Source of the DNA: Coprobacillaceae bacterium
Lineage (GTDB): Bacteria > Bacillota_I > Bacilli_A > Erysipelotrichales > Coprobacillaceae
DNA length: 32,000 bases
Assembly (NCBI GenBank): GCA_963675515.1
Contig: OY776328.1
Location: forward strand, 2,520,001 to 2,552,000
Reading direction: 5' to 3'
The translations under genes were made by a program, and so were the position numbers. The notes beneath the pieces are model-generated. The model searched no databases. It was not told the origin of the DNA and saw nothing but the letters and a program-made list of their open reading frames with translations. This document shows, piece by piece, positions 28,724 to 32,000 of this stretch (its first letter is position 1; each line of letters opens with the position of its first letter).

Positions 28724-28920
28724 CCGTATAAGAACCATGTTGAAAAGCATAATCTTACAATGCATATCAATCGTAAGCCTGGCGAAAAGGTTGAGGTTGA
28801 TTGGCCAGAAAAAAAGACAAATTCAAAGCAAAACTAAGACTATATTCTAGGGCAAAACTATTAATAATTGATGAGTGGCTGCTCTGTCCAACAACCCTGG
28901 AACAACAATCGAGAAATAAC
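28724..28920 (+). pseudogene. IS21 remnant: continuation of istA fused by deletion to an istB Walker-B fragment
   Basis: ..YKNHVEKHNLTMHINRKPGEKVEVDW (istA-like, to ~28804), a stop at 28835-28837, then AKLLIIDEWLLCPTTLEQQ (IstB Walker-B-like, ~28852-28908). Most of istA and istB is missing. Confidence 0.6.
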
Positions 28921-29024
28921 GTCTACGCCCTGGTTGTCTCCAGGGTGTATTTCTGCGTCATCACACCGTTGTGATGACGTCACCCAAAAATTAACATGGG
29001 GTGTTTCTTAGACTGAAATAATCA

Positions 29025-29551
29025 GGAACAACAAAGGCAAGAGATCAATCGTCTGGCGGTGTTGTAGTATGCTTCAAAAAACAGGCGTGTCTTGCAACGT
29101 GCGCACGGTATGGGAACCAGAACTGTTGGACGCAATTGTCAAAGCCATCAAACAGATATTGGGAAACAAAGCTGAGTTCCTGAAAATCCTGGAAGAGAAT
29201 ATCAAAAAGGTAATTTGCGATAATAATCGAGTCGAGGAAATTGACAAAGAATTAGTGGAGCTCCAAACCCAGTTGGTGCAAATGGCTAGTTCCAAACAGG
29301 ACTATGAAGAAGTGGCTGAGCAGATTCACCAACTCCGTGAAAAGCGGGATAAGGCGATACTTGAGAAAGTCGATCAAGATGAGCAGCGATTTATAATTGA
29401 AGAAACCATCAAATTCTTGCATAAACATGAAGCATCCGGCGTTGAGTACGATGAGAGGCTGGTATACCTATTGATTGAGAAAGTGATTGTCTACGATGAG
29501 AAATTCCTGATCGAGTTCAAATCCGGGGTGAAAGTGAGAATATGGGGATAG
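29025..29551 (+). pseudogene. Large serine recombinase gene, 3' part
   Basis: Removing IS21 and one GGAAC copy joins ..YRRLHWN to NKGKRSIVWRCCSMLQKTG.. in frame. Coiled-coil C-terminus (ELVELQTQLVQMASSKQDYEE..) ending KSGVKVRIWG*. Confidence 0.75.
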
Positions 29552-29557
29552 CAAAAA

Positions 29558-29603
29558 AGGCACTCTTGACTGGTAGATTACAGTGGAGAGTACCTCATTT
29601 TGC
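29558..29603 (+). terminator. Hairpin plus T-rich tail after the recombinase gene
   Basis: AGGCACTCT...GAGAGTACCT pair at 8 of 10 positions with a long loop, followed by CATTTTG. Confidence 0.35.
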
Positions 29604-29679
29604 CATTAAATTATTTGTGATTTTGAACTTCAAACTACGTATTCACAGCAATGTCAAATTAAGCAGATCAAAGTAGAAT

Positions 29680-30276
29680 TTAAAGCGTACCATCTTCACA
29701 GCAATACACAAACCTGCTTATCCAATTCCTCAAATTGCCATATTTACGAATTGACATACTTATGCCTATCCCTATTATAATTCCGGCTGTATTTATGATA
29801 ATATCATCAATATCAGCAACTCTAATTGGAAACTGAGTAATTATATTAATTACCAACTGAATAATTTCAATCCCAAATGACAACATTATCCCAAATAACA
29901 TAATTCTTTTATATCTAATTACTTTACTAGTAAAGCTTAAAATCAAAGGAATAGGCATCAAGAGCAATAAGTTCCCACCTATTTGTTTAATCCACGCAGT
30001 GTTCACAAAGTAATTCATAATAGTTTTAAAAGGAACAATCTGATAATACACCATAAAATCACCAGTGCTATCATGAATCTCTTTTAGTGTATCTTTGTCG
30101 AATATCCAAATTGGCAATATAGTAACTTTTATTAAAAACAACGAATAGAAGACCGACATTACGATAAACTCAAATCGAAAATTTGTCACTTTCATCTTTT
30201 TTTGAACGATGAATAGGAAACCACTAATAGTTACTAAGAGAAATATAAATGTACTTATATGAAAGTCAATAACCAT
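29680..30276 (-). CDS. VanZ-family membrane protein
   Basis: VanZ-like pattern: YQIVPFKTI, GNLLLLMPIPLILSF, GIEIIQLVIN....RVADIDDIIINTAGIIIGIGI. Confidence 0.75.
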   Translation of the reverse strand: MVIDFHISTFIFLLVTISGFLFIVQKKMKVTNFRFEFIVMSVFYSLFLIKVTILPIWIFDKDTLKEIHDSTGDFMVYYQIVPFKTIMNYFVNTAWIKQIGGNLLLLMPIPLILSFTSKVIRYKRIMLFGIMLSFGIEIIQLVINIITQFPIRVADIDDIIINTAGIIIGIGISMSIRKYGNLRNWISRFVYCCEDGTL

Positions 30277-30419
30277 TTTCCAACCCTAATCCCAAGAAAT
30301 GGTGAATTTCCCTTTCCAACGTTGTCCTGACCAGTCACGGAAGTAAATTCCATAAGTTCCTGTCTCTCTCGCATCATTACTTCTACGTATGATGTATCAA
30401 TATCAACTAAAAATTCCAT
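30255..30419 (-). CDS. 54-aa ORF overlapping the vanZ-like start (hypothetical)
   Basis: GGGGGG RBS 5 nt before the ATG at 30419. MEFLVDIDTSYVEVMMRERQELMEFTSVTGQDNVGKGNSPFLGIRVGKWLLTFI*. It overlaps the VanZ gene by 22 nt. It is below the ORF-track size cutoff and I recognise no family. Confidence 0.3.
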   Translation of the reverse strand: MEFLVDIDTSYVEVMMRERQELMEFTSVTGQDNVGKGNSPFLGIRVGKWLLTFI

Positions 30420-30442
30420 AATATCCCCCCTCGTAAGTTAAC

Positions 30443-32000
30443 GGTAGTGTCAAAACCAGTTAGTTATTTACAACCATAATTAACTGGAAAACCGCATTCT
30501 ACCTTGGTTTTTTATATATTTAGGTGAATTCCCCCGGATTTCACCCTATAATTTGACCATTTTGTTTACAAAAAAAGGTAACAGCCTCATAATTGTAAGT
30601 GTCTAAACCACAATAAGGAGGACTGTTACCATGGTCAAAATTATATCATTAATAATCAATTTTTTAAATATCATTCGTAGATTTTTGTACAAATTTGAGT
30701 GTTTCCTGCTAAAGCATCTTCCCAGTGATGGTACGGATTCAAGTAAGAGTGAACCATATCGTCGTTTCAAAATGCATCCGCTTCCTGTTATTGAACCGCA
30801 ATTAATCCCCATCCCATTTCAACAGGCCAGGGATGAGTATGAATCCAAACATAAACGACCTTTGAAACCGGTGTTTAGACATGAAGGCAAAGACTATCCA
30901 TCTGAAGATACTGTTTGCCCACATTGCGGCGCCACTCATGAATACCTGACTTTCAACAACGGAATCAAGAAATCCCAAGTTAAGTGCAAAGTTTGTGATA
31001 CGACTTTCTCACTTAATAAGAGTTATTCGCAACAATTGATCCGCAAGTGTCCTCACTGCGGCCGCAAGTTGACGTTGATCAAATCACGTGATGGTTTTGA
31101 TGTCTATAAATGTCAAAACTCTAGATGTTCTCACTATAAGAGTGAGTTGAAGAAACTAACAAAAGAAGATAAAAAGAAATACAAGGTAAATCCTTCTAAA
31201 TTCTCGCTTCACTACATAACCCGCGTCTTCGATGCTTCAATCGAAAAACTTGAAAGCATCCAGCTGAAAATAGCACCATCAAAAGTTGATCTCTCCAGAA
31301 TCCACAATTCTAAGCATGTTTTAGGCCTAGCGTTGACGTATTACGTTAATTATGGCCTGTCTCTTAGAAAAACCGCTTTGGTTTTATACGAGATTCACGA
31401 TATCAAAATATCCCATCAAACAATAGCTAACTACGCTCAGGCAGCCAGCCATCTCCTATTTCCGTGGATGGATAACTACAAGCACGATTTGAACTCGTAT
31501 CATTGTGGAGACGAAACATACGTCAAAGTTTTAGGAAAAAAAGCCTATGTATTTTTCATGTGCGATGTTAGGAAAAAAATAATAACTTCGTATCGAATTT
31601 TCATGAAAAGAGATACCTTTGCGGCTATAAATGCCTTTTATTCAGTCATGAGAAAATTCAAAAAGTTACCGACTGACTTTGAGATCGTTGTTGACGGAAA
31701 TCCGATATATAAAGCCGCTCAACAGTATTTTCAAATCAAAAGAGTATTTTTTAAAGTGACTCAAGTAATTGGACTTACGAATGATGATCCTGTATCAAAA
31801 GAACATCGCCCTGCCAAACAAATAATAGAGCGTTTGAATAGAACATTTGGAGAAACCTACGCGATCAAAAATGGCTTCAACTCATTGGATGGCGCAAATG
31901 ATTTCATGTGTCTGTTCACAACATATTTCAATTTCCTAAGAAATCACACCTCCCTGGGATACAAGCCACCAGTTGAATTGGATTGTTTGAAGAAAACTCA
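30443..32000 (+). mobile_element. IS6/IS26-like element, left part (the right end lies beyond the window; the left end is tentative)
   Basis: GGTAGTGTCAAAACCAGTTAG at 30443 loosely resembles IS26-type IRs (GGCACTGTTGCAAA..GTTAG). A terminator-like AAAACC-n12-GGTTTTTT (about 30491-30516) and a TATAAT (30556-30561), just downstream of the inverted repeat GGTGAA-n11-TTCACC (30525-30547), precede the transposase gene. Confidence 0.4.
30631..32000 (+). CDS. IS6-like DDE transposase with ~200-aa N-terminal double zinc-ribbon extension (3' partial; open to the window end)
   Basis: AAGGAGG RBS at 30615-30621 and ATG at 30631. I translated the frame by hand and found no stop through 32000. CPHCG..x..CKVCD and CPHCG..x..CQNSRC zinc ribbons. 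IS6-type core GDETYVKVLGKKAYVFFMCD, VVDGNPIYKAA, IIERLNRTFGE. Confidence 0.8.
   Translation, partial: MVKIISLIINFLNIIRRFLYKFECFLLKHLPSDGTDSSKSEPYRRFKMHPLPVIEPQLIPIPFQQARDEYESKHKRPLKPVFRHEGKDYPSEDTVCPHCGATHEYLTFNNGIKKSQVKCKVCDTTFSLNKSYSQQLIRKCPHCGRKLTLIKSRDGFDVYKCQNSRCSHYKSELKKLTKEDKKKYKVNPSKFSLHYITRVFDASIEKLESIQLKIAPSKVDLSRIHNSKHVLGLALTYYVNYGLSLRKTALVLYEIHDIKISHQTIANYAQAASHLLFPWMDNYKHDLNSYHCGDETYVKVLGKKAYVFFMCDVRKKIITSYRIFMKRDTFAAINAFYSVMRKFKKLPTDFEIVVDGNPIYKAAQQYFQIKRVFFKVTQVIGLTNDDPVSKEHRPAKQIIERLNRTFGETYAIKNGFNSLDGANDFMCLFTTYFNFLRNHTSLGYKPPVELDCLKKT

Larger units (their letters stand above)
26546..29024 (+). mobile_element. IS21-family element remnant (internally deleted) carrying a nested IS3 element
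   Basis: Termini TGAATATTTCA... and ...TGAAATAATCA match at 10 of 11 positions as inverted repeats and fit the TG...CA rule. 5-bp duplication GGAAC at 26541-26545 and 29025-29029. Perfect 16-bp subterminal inverted repeats GGGTGACGTCATCACA (26585-26600) and TGTGATGACGTCACCC (28970-28985). Contains istA and istB fragments. Confidence 0.8.

Overview
This window looks like a low-GC Firmicutes-type chromosomal segment. Supporting signs are AGGAGG/G-run ribosome-binding sites (RBS), a PTS sugar-uptake locus and LtaS-type lipoteichoic acid synthases. Housekeeping-like genes lie on the left and a heavily IS-ridden accessory mosaic on the right.

Gene content, left to right:
- a modABC-type molybdate/tungstate ABC importer followed by a DUF364-like gene
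- rpiB
- a small lipoprotein
- two tandem LtaS-family sulfatase-domain membrane proteins
- a decayed SRPBCC gene
- a PhnB/VOC-like gene split precisely by an ISL3-family element (8-bp target duplication)
- an IS3-family element
- an AT-rich beta-glucoside-type locus: PRD/HTH regulator, orphan PTS EIIC, GH1 6-phospho-beta-glucosidase
- an overlapping phosphoribosyltransferase / dienelactone-hydrolase-like pair
- a small secreted protein
- a DMT/EamA transporter with an extreme His-rich tail
- a class II Fic protein
- a wrecked large serine recombinase gene, interrupted by an internally deleted IS21-family remnant that is itself interrupted by a second IS3-family element
- a VanZ-like gene
- a 3'-truncated IS6-like transposase gene with a long zinc-ribbon N-terminus. 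This gene is absent from the ORF track because it runs off the window.

I saw no rRNA, tRNA or CRISPR array, and I found no clearly novel multi-gene system. The items most worth a second look are:
- an ~80-bp intergenic repeat family with three copies, two of which directly flank the His-rich transporter gene
- the overlapping PRTase/hydrolase pair of unknown function
- hairpin-dense non-coding DNA on both sides of the first IS3 element
- the exactly reconstructable nested insertion events

Product calls come from motif recognition by eye, not database searches. Several ORF-track M starts are really GTG/TTG codons, and I moved some starts to RBS-supported codons.
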